DNA from: a virus
Lineage: Duplodnaviria; Caudoviricetes
Reading direction: 5' to 3' (one strand)
DNA length: 28,735 nucleotides
IMG/VR virus record: IMGVR_UViG_3300020045_002247
Span: 1 to 28,735 of that record
Positions 1-7,171 of the stretch are shown here, piece after piece. Below the pieces are notes generated by a model that saw only the letters and a program-made list of their open reading frames with translations, was not told the origin of the DNA and ran no database searches. Position 1 is the first letter of the stretch; every line of letters begins with the position of its first letter. Made by a program: the position numbers and the translations under genes.

Positions 1-229
1 CAAAGTTAGACAAACATAATACCCCAAGAAAATCAGTATAGCGACTTGCATTATCTGATATTACTGCATTGTCGTATCTATATGTTGAATGTAAGATTAC
101 GCCAGTTATAGTATCAGCAGCATGATCAAATGATTGCGCTAATATTACAGTTCCAGTATTCTTGTCGATAATTAGCTTTGGGTATTCTATTCCAGAGGAC
201 TTACCAAATACGAATTTAGATTTAATCAT
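1..229 (-). CDS. Hypothetical phage protein, runs off the left window edge
   Basis: Manual translation from ATG (CAT at 227-229): MIKSKFVFGKSSGIEYPKLIIDKNTGTVILAQ...DFLGVLCLSNF, no stop before position 1; A-rich upstream on the minus strand. Confidence 0.75.
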   Translation of the reverse strand, partial: MIKSKFVFGKSSGIEYPKLIIDKNTGTVILAQSFDHAADTITGVILHSTYRYDNAVISDNASRYTDFLGVLCLSNF

Positions 230-320
230 GTGGATTGATTTAAGAGATTAATAAGCAGTTTATTGTCATGCTTAGGACTTATGTTATTGCAGTCTCATAT
301 TTACTGCATCGTACCGACTT

Positions 321-366
321 TACGGCTGCCCTGCTTACGGCTGTGATCACCGGCTGGATACGGCTG
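321..366. repeat. Four copies of CGGCTG in the divergent intergenic gap
   Basis: CGGCTG at 323, 338, 351 and 361, three of them as TACGGCTG, in otherwise AT-rich DNA. Confidence 0.6.
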
Positions 367-570
367 GCATATATAGCCACGCATCAACCATTACTGATCA
401 ATGCTAAGAGTTAGTAAGGGTATTGGCGTAATCGCGACCTAATACAGTTGCCATAGAAAAAGGCCGCCCCTGGTTACCCAAACGATAATGAAGGCCGGGC
501 CAATTGTATTGTTGGTTGTCGAACTCATTGATATAAAATATTTTAATTTTTTTACTCCAAAAATTTTTAG

Positions 571-578
571 TAGTTTTG
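571..578 (+). promoter_or_regulatory. Possible Bacteroidetes -7 element (TAGTTTTG)
   Basis: Matches TAnnTTTG about 20 nt before ATG 599; no clear -33 TTTG. Confidence 0.45.
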
Positions 579-598
579 CATCAAAATAAATTAATGCT

Positions 599-757
599 AT
601 GGCAACTGAAATTAAATCTACACCAGTATTATTTGGCAAAGACGCTAAAGTTTTTCTTGAGAGAATTGAGTTGAATAAACTTTAAAAATATTCTAAGGTG
701 GAGTTAGATAAGCTTCGTGAAAATTACAATAAGATTGTTAGTATTTCTAAGTTATAA
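599..757 (+). pseudogene. Small Bacteroidetes-type protein interrupted by an in-frame TAA
   Basis: MATEIKSTPVLFGKDAKVFLERIELNKL*KYSKVELDKLRENYNKIVSISKL*; stop at 683-685. Both halves fit my recollection of the MAxxIKxTPVLxGKDAxxF small-protein family. Confidence 0.6.
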
Positions 758-781
758 TTTTTCTAGCGATTGACAGATGGA

Positions 782-813
782 TTTGGTAGTGTCAATATTA
801 TTGCTTACCTTTG
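782..813 (+). promoter_or_regulatory. Bacteroidetes housekeeping-sigma promoter
   Basis: TTTG 782-785, 20-nt spacer, TACCTTTG 806-813. Confidence 0.75.
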
Positions 814-815
814 CG

Positions 816-1040
816 AAGTCAGATGATCTCTATGTCATATCATGAAGCAAAAGCTGAATAGACGTCGGATGGTAGCTGTGCCACTGCAATAATGTGGGAA
901 AATAACGGTAAGATTTCTCCGATACTGACAGGAAACGGTACTCTAAGTAGTATTATATTAGACGAGGGCTCGCAGCCAATAGAGAGGCAGATGTGGTAAT
1001 AGCGAGACGAGTCCGTGGAGAACACGGTGGCTGGGGACTT
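816..1040 (+). ncRNA. Candidate structured non-coding RNA
   Basis: Directly after a promoter, GC-richer than flanks, no credible + strand ORF, several short complementary pairs (e.g. CCGTG 1013-1017/CACGG 1023-1027; CAGCCA 973-978/TGGCTG 1028-1033). Confidence 0.35.
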
Positions 1041-1206
1041 AAATGATCACACTCGCATTAATACGAATAAAGATATCAATTAATATAAGGGCATTAAGCA
1101 ATGCTTTTGTAGAGATCTTATGTTTTGGTGTTTGGGGTTTGAAGTTAAAACGCACATGAAGATCGCCGCAGAAAATATATCTACTCGTAAAATAGCTGGC
1201 TAAATA

Positions 1207-1238
1207 TTTGGTTGTCAGAATAATTCTCACTACATTTG
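1207..1238 (+). promoter_or_regulatory. Bacteroidetes housekeeping-sigma promoter
   Basis: TTTG 1207-1210, 20-nt spacer, TACATTTG 1231-1238. Confidence 0.75.
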
Positions 1239-1265
1239 TATAGTATTAATTTAAAATTATATAAT

Positions 1266-1514
1266 ATGCTTTGTGTAGAAGTTTTGAAAAATGGGGATTG
1301 TAAGGTTGAATGCCTGGGTGGTGGTTATGTTTATTTAAGAGGACTTAATGATAGCCCTGATTGTTTATTTAGATTTGGCGGAAGCAAATATTGGATTCCA
1401 ACATATTTCTTTGGAGGAGTGAATGTAATTACTAGACTAACCGAAGATTATAGCCAATCTCAGGTTAAATCAATTTTGGTAAAGAAATTATTTAAAACAT
1501 TAGCAGTTAATTAA
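1266..1514 (+). CDS. Hypothetical protein
   Basis: ORF track 1236..1514; ATG 1266 preferred because 1236 lies inside the promoter -7 box. Confidence 0.55.
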   Translation: MLCVEVLKNGDCKVECLGGGYVYLRGLNDSPDCLFRFGGSKYWIPTYFFGGVNVITRLTEDYSQSQVKSILVKKLFKTLAVN

Positions 1515-1575
1515 TCTAAACTTATTATGCGCAGTAAAGCCTCTTGCCTAGCAACGTAACTGCGCTTTTGCCATT

Positions 1576-1647
1576 GCCTACTTAGTTTACTTGGCAAAAT
1601 GACTGATTTGTACTCAGTAGAATGCGGTTCGATTCCGTGAGTGGGCT
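1576..1647 (+). tRNA. tRNA-Thr(UGU)
   Basis: Acceptor GCCTACT/AGTGGGC, anticodon arm ACTGA-TTTGTAC-TCAGT, T arm TGCGG-TTCGATT-CCGTG; CCA not encoded. Confidence 0.9.
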
Positions 1648-1657
1648 CATAACAAAT

Positions 1658-1730
1658 ACTGAATTAGCTTAGTTGGTAAAGCACCTCGCTGATATCGAGA
1701 AGATCCATGGTTCAAGTCCATGATTCAGTA
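1658..1730 (+). tRNA. tRNA-Ile(GAU)
   Basis: Acceptor ACTGAAT/ATTCAGT, anticodon arm CCTCG-CTGATAT-CGAGA, T arm CATGG-TTCAAGT-CCATG. Confidence 0.9.
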
Positions 1731-1732
1731 CA

Positions 1733-1804
1733 TGCGGATTGGAGAAATTGGCATCTCATTGGGCTCATAACCCAAGGTTGTAGGTTCGAGTCCTGCGTCC
1801 GCTA
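1733..1804 (+). tRNA. tRNA-Met(CAU), initiator type
   Basis: Anticodon arm TTGGG-CTCATAA-CCCAA with three G:C pairs, unpaired 1:72 (T:T), T arm GTAGG-TTCGAGT-CCTGC. Confidence 0.92.
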
Positions 1805-1853
1805 CATGTAGTTGTTGGGTGACGAATAACAACTCTTAGATAAAATAAGCACA

Positions 1854-1929
1854 TGCCACATAGCTTAAGCAAAAGCAGATGGACTACTAGATGTTTTTCG
1901 GTTGCAAGTATCGAATCTTGTTGTGGCAC
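1854..1929 (+). tRNA. Degenerate tRNA-like element
   Basis: Perfect acceptor TGCCACA/TGTGGCA, D stem GCTT/AAGC, T-like arm GCAAG-TATCGAAT-CTTGT; anticodon arm enlarged and weakly paired, D loop lacks GG. Confidence 0.55.
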
Positions 1930-1972
1930 TAATTAGTTTTATATTTATAATCCCCTAAAGCACAGGAAAGAC

Positions 1973-2197
1973 ATGGGACGACAAAGAATAGTAACGCCTG
2001 AAGAACATATGAAGGCTGGTTTTGAGTGTTTATTTGACGCTAGGAGCCACTTTGAGGACGGCATGGAGTCTTACCTGCTGCGGATGAGTGAAGCCCGTGC
2101 AGACGCTGAAAACATCGTTAATATCAAAGCAGCGCTTAAGTTATTAAATTCAGCTTATGATGAAATCTCAGCTATATGGGAAAATGACATTGAATAA
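1973..2197 (+). CDS. Hypothetical protein
   Basis: 74-aa ORF with ATG start, helical-looking composition, co-oriented with neighbours. Confidence 0.7.
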   Translation: MGRQRIVTPEEHMKAGFECLFDARSHFEDGMESYLLRMSEARADAENIVNIKAALKLLNSAYDEISAIWENDIE

Positions 2198-2226
2198 AAA
2201 TAATTGAAAAATAGTTGGCATTTTAT

Positions 2227-2257
2227 TTTGCTATGTCGATAATAAGCATTACCTTTG
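2227..2257 (+). promoter_or_regulatory. Bacteroidetes housekeeping-sigma promoter
   Basis: TTTG 2227-2230, 19-nt spacer, TACCTTTG 2250-2257. Confidence 0.8.
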
Positions 2258-2287
2258 TCTTAGAATATTAATTAAAACAGAGATATT

Positions 2288-2542
2288 ATGCAGGAAGAAA
2301 ATGTTGAAAGTGTACTTAAGGAGATGAAATATTTAGAGTCTAATTTTACATTGCACTTTAAATCTATGGAATCATTCAAACAAGGCATCGACTTTATTAA
2401 CGAGACTGTCAGGGAATGGACTAACGATGGTAAGATTACAGCTAGAAAAGCAGTTTTAAACTTTAAAGAAAATACATTAGAAATCGAAGTAACTATGCGC
2501 ATTGAAGGCGAAGACGATTCAATCGAAGACATTAACATTTAA
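2288..2542 (+). CDS. Hypothetical protein, apparently monocistronic
   Basis: 84-aa ORF between a promoter and a terminator. Confidence 0.8.
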   Translation: MQEENVESVLKEMKYLESNFTLHFKSMESFKQGIDFINETVREWTNDGKITARKAVLNFKENTLEIEVTMRIEGEDDSIEDINI

Positions 2543-2601
2543 TACTCGCACGCTAAAACACACAAAACTCAAGTTCTCAAAGCTTACATTTAAACAACTC
2601 G

Positions 2602-2634
2602 ATCCCGGTCACGTTAAATGGCTGGGATTTTTTT
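2602..2634 (+). terminator. Intrinsic terminator
   Basis: ATCCCGGTCA/TGGCTGGGAT 10-bp stem (two G:U) followed by a T run. Confidence 0.8.
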
Positions 2635-2667
2635 ATTGAAAATAATTTAAAAATAATTACCATTTTA

Positions 2668-2699
2668 TTTGGTTGGTATTATAGAAAGCATTACCTTTG
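2668..2699 (+). promoter_or_regulatory. Bacteroidetes housekeeping-sigma promoter
   Basis: TTTG 2668-2671, 20-nt spacer, TACCTTTG 2692-2699. Confidence 0.8.
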
Positions 2700-2722
2700 C
2701 TAAGTAATTAAAAATAAGAGAT

Positions 2723-2941
2723 ATGCCGAAGTATAAATGTACAAATGTAACTTGCTCGAAGTATAACGAGACTGAAAGTATTTCAAGTACTAGAATTACA
2801 ATAGTTAATGGAACAGCACTTGATAGAAATGCATACTGCCCTATTTGCGGCGATTTAAGAGAGGTAGTTAGAGAGGAAGGTATAACTACCAATATTGCAG
2901 GAACAAACGATCAGAGGAATAGAATGGCAAAACAATGGTAA
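2723..2941 (+). CDS. Zinc-ribbon protein (FmdB-like start)
   Basis: MPKYKCTNVTC...CPICG, two Cys pairs. Confidence 0.75.
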   Translation: MPKYKCTNVTCSKYNETESISSTRITIVNGTALDRNAYCPICGDLREVVREEGITTNIAGTNDQRNRMAKQW

Positions 2942-2944
2942 GAT

Positions 2945-3763
2945 ATGAGCGGAGAAGGATTGAGATACAATAATGGCAAAAAGCGTTATGATTTAATACA
3001 ACCAGACGCATTGGCTGGGTTAGTTGATGTATTGACTTATGGCAGTACTAAATACGCCGAGAGAAATTGGGAGCGTGGAATGAAATGGAGTAATGTGATC
3101 GCATCTCTCAAAAGACATCTAGCTGCTATTGAGCAAGGAATAGATTATGACGAAGAGACAAATATGAAACATGCAGACCATCTTCAATGCAACGCTCACT
3201 TCTTAAGTGCTTATTATAAGATATATCCACAAGGAGATGATCGTGCTCATAAGTATCTTAAAATGCCCAAGATTGGCTTAGATATAGACGATGTTATTTG
3301 CGATTTTATATCTGCATTTACAACTAAGTTTAATCTGCCAAATCCAACTGCATGGTCATTCTCATATGCCAATTCAGAGAACTTTAAATACTTAGCAGAA
3401 CATCCAGAAGAGGCTAGTGAGTTTTATTTAAATATGCCTAGAAAGATTGATCCTAAAGATATGCCATTTGAACCACATTGTTATATCACGTCAAGGTCAA
3501 TACCTACAGAAGATATGACTAAGCAATGGATTGAAAAGAATGGTTTTCCATGTAGTCCAGTATATACAGTGCCATTTGGAGCATCCAAGGTTGAAGTAGC
3601 TAAAGAAGCTGGTATAGATATCTTTGTGGATGATAAGTTTGAAAACTTTGTGGAATTAAATAACGCTGGAATATTCTGCTATTTATTTGATGCACCACAT
3701 AACCAGAGATACGATGTAGGCAGCAGGAGGATTAATAAACTATCAGATATAACAAACAAATAA
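2945..3763 (+). CDS. dATP/dGTP diphosphohydrolase (DUF5664-like) fused to HAD 5'(3')-deoxyribonucleotidase
   Basis: N-part RYNNGKKRYDLI...YGSTKYAERNWERG...RHL...DEETNMKHADH; C-part HAD motif I GLDIDDVICDF, ITSR, and IFVDD. Confidence 0.85.
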   Translation: MSGEGLRYNNGKKRYDLIQPDALAGLVDVLTYGSTKYAERNWERGMKWSNVIASLKRHLAAIEQGIDYDEETNMKHADHLQCNAHFLSAYYKIYPQGDDRAHKYLKMPKIGLDIDDVICDFISAFTTKFNLPNPTAWSFSYANSENFKYLAEHPEEASEFYLNMPRKIDPKDMPFEPHCYITSRSIPTEDMTKQWIEKNGFPCSPVYTVPFGASKVEVAKEAGIDIFVDDKFENFVELNNAGIFCYLFDAPHNQRYDVGSRRINKLSDITNK

Positions 3764-3764
3764 T

Positions 3765-3992
3765 ATGAGAAACGAAGCATCAATATCACGTTGGTTTTTA
3801 TCACAAGAAGATGATGACGAACAAGAATTTTTAGAAATAGATGAGAGATATCTAAGTGCCAATTTTAATATAAATATGAAGCTAAGAGAATTTGTAGAGA
3901 TATATGATTTAATAGAAGACTCTCATAAAATTCAAAAGTTGGAAGAATTACAGGCTTGGATTAATTACGAAAAATCTAAATTAACTAAATAA
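3765..3992 (+). CDS. Hypothetical acidic protein
   Basis: 75-aa ORF, 1-nt gap to the previous gene. Confidence 0.75.
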   Translation: MRNEASISRWFLSQEDDDEQEFLEIDERYLSANFNINMKLREFVEIYDLIEDSHKIQKLEELQAWINYEKSKLTK

Positions 3993-3995
3993 GAT

Positions 3996-4214
3996 ATGAC
4001 TAAAGAAGATTATAATAACGTACCAGTAGAGTTTTGTAGTAAGGCAACATGTTGCTCGTTAGATATTAGAGAAGATGATGAAGGCACTCCATATTGCCAT
4101 GAATGCGGTGGATTAAAGATTAGTAAAACTAATATTAAAGAATGGGAAGAATATTATATTATAGCCCATGGTGATAAATTTTTAAATATGAAGCGTAATG
4201 CCACAATTGAATAA
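3996..4214 (+). CDS. crAss-like zinc-ribbon protein
   Basis: DYNNVPVEFCSKATCCSLDIR...YCHECG...EWEEYY, resembling a small Cys protein I recall from crAss-like phages. Confidence 0.75.
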   Translation: MTKEDYNNVPVEFCSKATCCSLDIREDDEGTPYCHECGGLKISKTNIKEWEEYYIIAHGDKFLNMKRNATIE

Positions 4215-4362
4215 GAATACTCAACAACATTTAGATTTAGGATGGATTGAACAGGCAGAGTTAGATTATATGAACGAGTGGAAGACTCAGATAATGGAAG
4301 GTATTCTTGCGTCGAGTAGAGATAAATTAATTAATAACATTAAAGATGCAACAACCGAGTAA
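4198..4362 (+). CDS. Hypothetical 54-aa protein (not in ORF track)
   Basis: MPQLNKNTQQHLDLGWIEQAELDYMNEWKTQIMEGILASSRDKLINNIKDATTE*; fills the gap and overlaps both neighbours by 17 nt. Confidence 0.6.
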   Translation: MPQLNKNTQQHLDLGWIEQAELDYMNEWKTQIMEGILASSRDKLINNIKDATTE

Positions 4363-4735
4363 TGTTAACAGAGCTAAAATCAGTTGCACTAAAGCAACCA
4401 TCTGTGAAGAGTGGTTGAATGTACTAAAGCCTTTGCATGGGTTGTGCGATTCAGAAATAACATTAGCTGCTAGATTCTTAGATAAGCGTATTGAGCTACA
4501 GGAGAAGATTACAGACAATGATTTAATAGATGAATACTTACAGACCACTAAGGTTAGAGCGTCGATCAGAGGGGCTGCAAACATCAAGAATATGGCTTTG
4601 TTTCAGAACATGATGAGCAGCTTACGTAAGAAAGGGTTTTTCACTGAGGGGGATAAGATAGCAAAAGTATTTATTCCCAATATTAACGGTGACTCTAAGT
4701 TTTTTAAAGTTGAATTTATTTTTAAGATAGACTAA
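4346..4735 (+). CDS. Conserved crAss-like protein, probable HTH-type DNA binder
   Basis: WLNVLKPLHGL...FQNMMSSLRKKGF...FIPN; position upstream of terminase as in crAss-like phages. Confidence 0.65.
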   Translation: MQQPSNVNRAKISCTKATICEEWLNVLKPLHGLCDSEITLAARFLDKRIELQEKITDNDLIDEYLQTTKVRASIRGAANIKNMALFQNMMSSLRKKGFFTEGDKIAKVFIPNINGDSKFFKVEFIFKID

Positions 4736-4736
4736 T

Positions 4737-4943
4737 ATGGGAGAATATGACTTAATGGTTAAGTGCTCTGATGAATATTGTCACGCTTTAAATGATTCGT
4801 CAGATGATAAATTATCACACAGAGAAATTGATTTAGTAATAAAAGCATATACTAATGGATGGGTTTGTCATGCTTTATTTGCAGATGAAAATTATTACAA
4901 GTTAATTGAAAAATTAGGATGGACAAAGTACTTGACAAAATAA
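4737..4943 (+). CDS. Hypothetical protein
   Basis: 68-aa ORF tightly packed in the operon. Confidence 0.7.
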   Translation: MGEYDLMVKCSDEYCHALNDSSDDKLSHREIDLVIKAYTNGWVCHALFADENYYKLIEKLGWTKYLTK

Positions 4944-5194
4944 TCATAGACATTGCTAAGCAATATGATATTGATCGAAAAGAAGTTGAACTAATACTTA
5001 ATAGTCCTTATAAGTTTATGAGAGATATAATAACATCACTAGAACTTAAAGGCAAGCTTTATCCAGAGACTGTAGATATGAAAAAGAATTTTAACATGCC
5101 AGTCTTATTTAAAATGTATGTAAACGAATATAAGTTGAATTTATTAAACACTAAAAAAGAAGATAATGACACAGAAGAAAACACCAGTGATTAG
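4919..5194 (+). CDS. HU/IHF-like DNA-binding protein, crAss type
   Basis: II.DIAKQYDIDRKEVELILNSPYKF...NFNMPVLFKMYV follows the HU helix-helix-strand pattern. Confidence 0.6.
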   Translation: MDKVLDKIIIDIAKQYDIDRKEVELILNSPYKFMRDIITSLELKGKLYPETVDMKKNFNMPVLFKMYVNEYKLNLLNTKKEDNDTEENTSD

Positions 5195-5540
5195 CGCATG
5201 TCCCATGTGGAATTTTATGTTTCTCACATGTAATGAGAAAGAACGAGTCAGCAAAAGTGGGTTAATCCTATCAACAATTGATACTATTGATATCAAGCAG
5301 GATATTCTTAAAGTAGGCGATTCAGTTCGTACGCTTAAACCAGGATATACTGTAGAGATTGATTATAGACCATATGTTGTAAAGGATTGGAAAGATCAGA
5401 ATAATCCTACACTTGTAGAAGAAATGGAACGGAAGGCAACTAAAGCTATTGCTTGGCCTATTCAACTTATTGATGGGGTAGAGGTAATGGTGGTGCCAGA
5501 TAGTCATGTGAGAATGTATTGGAAGAATGGCATAGAATAA
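5166..5540 (+). CDS. GroES-like co-chaperonin
   Basis: PMWN...SKSGLIL...ILKVGDSVRTLKPGYTV...IDGVEVMVVPDSHV matches the GroES motif order. Confidence 0.7.
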   Translation: MTQKKTPVISACPMWNFMFLTCNEKERVSKSGLILSTIDTIDIKQDILKVGDSVRTLKPGYTVEIDYRPYVVKDWKDQNNPTLVEEMERKATKAIAWPIQLIDGVEVMVVPDSHVRMYWKNGIE

Positions 5541-5557
5541 CAATTAAATTAATAGCA

Positions 5558-5836
5558 ATGGAAAGATATATTGGAGTAAAATTAGTAGAAGCAGAATTAT
5601 TAAGTGCAGAAGAAGCCTTTGCTCAGGGTTTGATTAGAGCTGATTATATTGAAAATCAAGATGGATATAAAGTAGTATATGACGATGGATACATATCTTG
5701 GAGTCCAAAGGAAGTATTTGAAAAGGCATATAAAGAGATTTGGCCAGTTGGAGTAAAATTCTTAGATATGACTATCAATACAAATACTGGATACTGGCAT
5801 TTTATAAAGAATGAACCCACTGGTAGTTCAAACTAA
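5558..5836 (+). CDS. Phage protein of the YIGxK...GYxVxYxDGYxSWSPKxVFExAY family
   Basis: MERYIGVKLVEAE...GYKVVYDDGYISWSPKEVFEKAY; ATG 5558 preferred over 5519, which overlaps the previous gene. Confidence 0.75.
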   Translation: MERYIGVKLVEAELLSAEEAFAQGLIRADYIENQDGYKVVYDDGYISWSPKEVFEKAYKEIWPVGVKFLDMTINTNTGYWHFIKNEPTGSSN

Positions 5837-5841
5837 TAACT

Positions 5842-5863
5842 AAGGAGCTTCGGCTCCTTTTTT
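5842..5863 (+). terminator. Intrinsic terminator with UUCG tetraloop
   Basis: AAGGAGC-TTCG-GCTCCTT followed by a T run. Confidence 0.9.
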
Positions 5864-5891
5864 GTTGATATCAATATAATAACTATCTTTG
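5861..5891 (+). promoter_or_regulatory. Bacteroidetes-type promoter for the packaging operon
   Basis: TTTG 5861-5864, 19-nt spacer, TATCTTTG 5884-5891. Confidence 0.7.
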
Positions 5892-5914
5892 TATATATTA
5901 TTAAAATAAACAAA

Positions 5915-6208
5915 ATGGTTACGAGCGATGAAATTCTCGCATTGGGATTTACCAAAGTAGATGCATGGTCTACAGACGTTACTGATTCATATCGCTACAT
6001 AGTGAATAGATATGATAAACCTAGAAATACTATCAATTTATATAGGCTTGATAGACTAATTGATACAGACTATATGGAGTTAAAATCTACATTGCAGAGA
6101 GAGACTGACTTTAACATGGCACTCATGTCCTTTAATGGAGAGTTAGAAACTATTGATGAGTTGTTTGACTTATTTGAGCTAATGAGGGAGCGTAATAGAA
6201 CTATATAA
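5915..6208 (+). CDS. Hypothetical protein
   Basis: 97-aa ORF with A-rich leader. Confidence 0.8.
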   Translation: MVTSDEILALGFTKVDAWSTDVTDSYRYIVNRYDKPRNTINLYRLDRLIDTDYMELKSTLQRETDFNMALMSFNGELETIDELFDLFELMRERNRTI

Positions 6209-6210
6209 GA

Positions 6211-6780
6211 ATGAGACTATTAGAGTTTGATAAATCGTCATATGAGGTTAGATTAACCGAAGAGGTTACTTTATTAGAGCCTTTCGCCAGGATACTACGT
6301 CGCGATAAGAGTAGAGACAAATCACTTGCAATTAAGGAGATATCGTTTTTATACTTCTATTCAGACATCACAAGTCCGTATCAAGGGATTATAGATAACA
6401 ATGATAGATACCTTGAAATTGCCAAAGATATAGACCTGCCTAAGAGTTGGAAGATTGACAAGGTTATTCAAGATGCAATAGGCTTCTATAAACAGCGTTC
6501 TAAGACCGCTATACACACTTTGTATGACGCAGCTATGGTTGCTGTATCTGCAGTGAATGACACGCTTAAAAACGCTAAAAACCTCATAGAAGAAGCTGAC
6601 GATAAAATAGGGGCAACACAGAAGATTTTAGCTACTATAGAGAAAGTTCCAAAAGTAATGGCCAACCTCCGCGATGCAGAGAAAGAACTGATTCGCCAGA
6701 TTGAAGATAAGGAAGGTAAGAAGATTGGTAGTAAAACTTTCAATACTTTTGAAGAACTTGATACACTGATAGATAATTAA
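6211..6780 (+). CDS. Conserved crAss-like protein, putative terminase small subunit
   Basis: PFARILRRDKSRDKSLAIKEISFLYFYSD motif, helical C-half, two genes upstream of TerL. Confidence 0.6.
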   Translation: MRLLEFDKSSYEVRLTEEVTLLEPFARILRRDKSRDKSLAIKEISFLYFYSDITSPYQGIIDNNDRYLEIAKDIDLPKSWKIDKVIQDAIGFYKQRSKTAIHTLYDAAMVAVSAVNDTLKNAKNLIEEADDKIGATQKILATIEKVPKVMANLRDAEKELIRQIEDKEGKKIGSKTFNTFEELDTLIDN

Positions 6781-6781
6781 T

Positions 6782-7171
6782 ATGAATGTAAAGAAATTTG
6801 AAGTACCAATATATAATTATCCTATAGTATTATACTTTGGTCAGAATCAAGATTTTATTGACTATTGTAGAAAAACATATAAGCAAATTCCTGGCGAAAA
6901 CTTTGATGATTTTGCAGAGGGATATGCAATGCAATTAGAGCGTGTTAAAAATGGCGTTAAGGAACTTAATCTAGTAATGTTTATTCGGGATAAAGATCGG
7001 TTTGGAAATACAATTTCTGAGACAGTAAATCACGAGGCAATACATATTGCGTGGACAATACTTGATTTCGTTGGTATATCTTTAAATGAACAAAACCATG
7101 AAGCACTGACATATCTAGTGACATTTATTACTAGAGAGGTAACGAAGAATATAGACAAATGGACGAAGTAG
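6782..7171 (+). CDS. Small zincin-like metallopeptidase
   Basis: HExxH (NHEAIH) with a downstream Glu in QNHEALTY. Confidence 0.65.
   Translation: MNVKKFEVPIYNYPIVLYFGQNQDFIDYCRKTYKQIPGENFDDFAEGYAMQLERVKNGVKELNLVMFIRDKDRFGNTISETVNHEAIHIAWTILDFVGISLNEQNHEALTYLVTFITREVTKNIDKWTK

Noticed and set aside
321-366. Mini CRISPR array
   Set aside because: Repeats of 6-8 nt with 4-9 nt spacing are far too short.
439-1230. Minus-strand ORFs 439..639, 840..1025 and 1039..1230
   Set aside because: Unconvincing composition; they overlap + strand promoters, the pseudogene and the candidate ncRNA.
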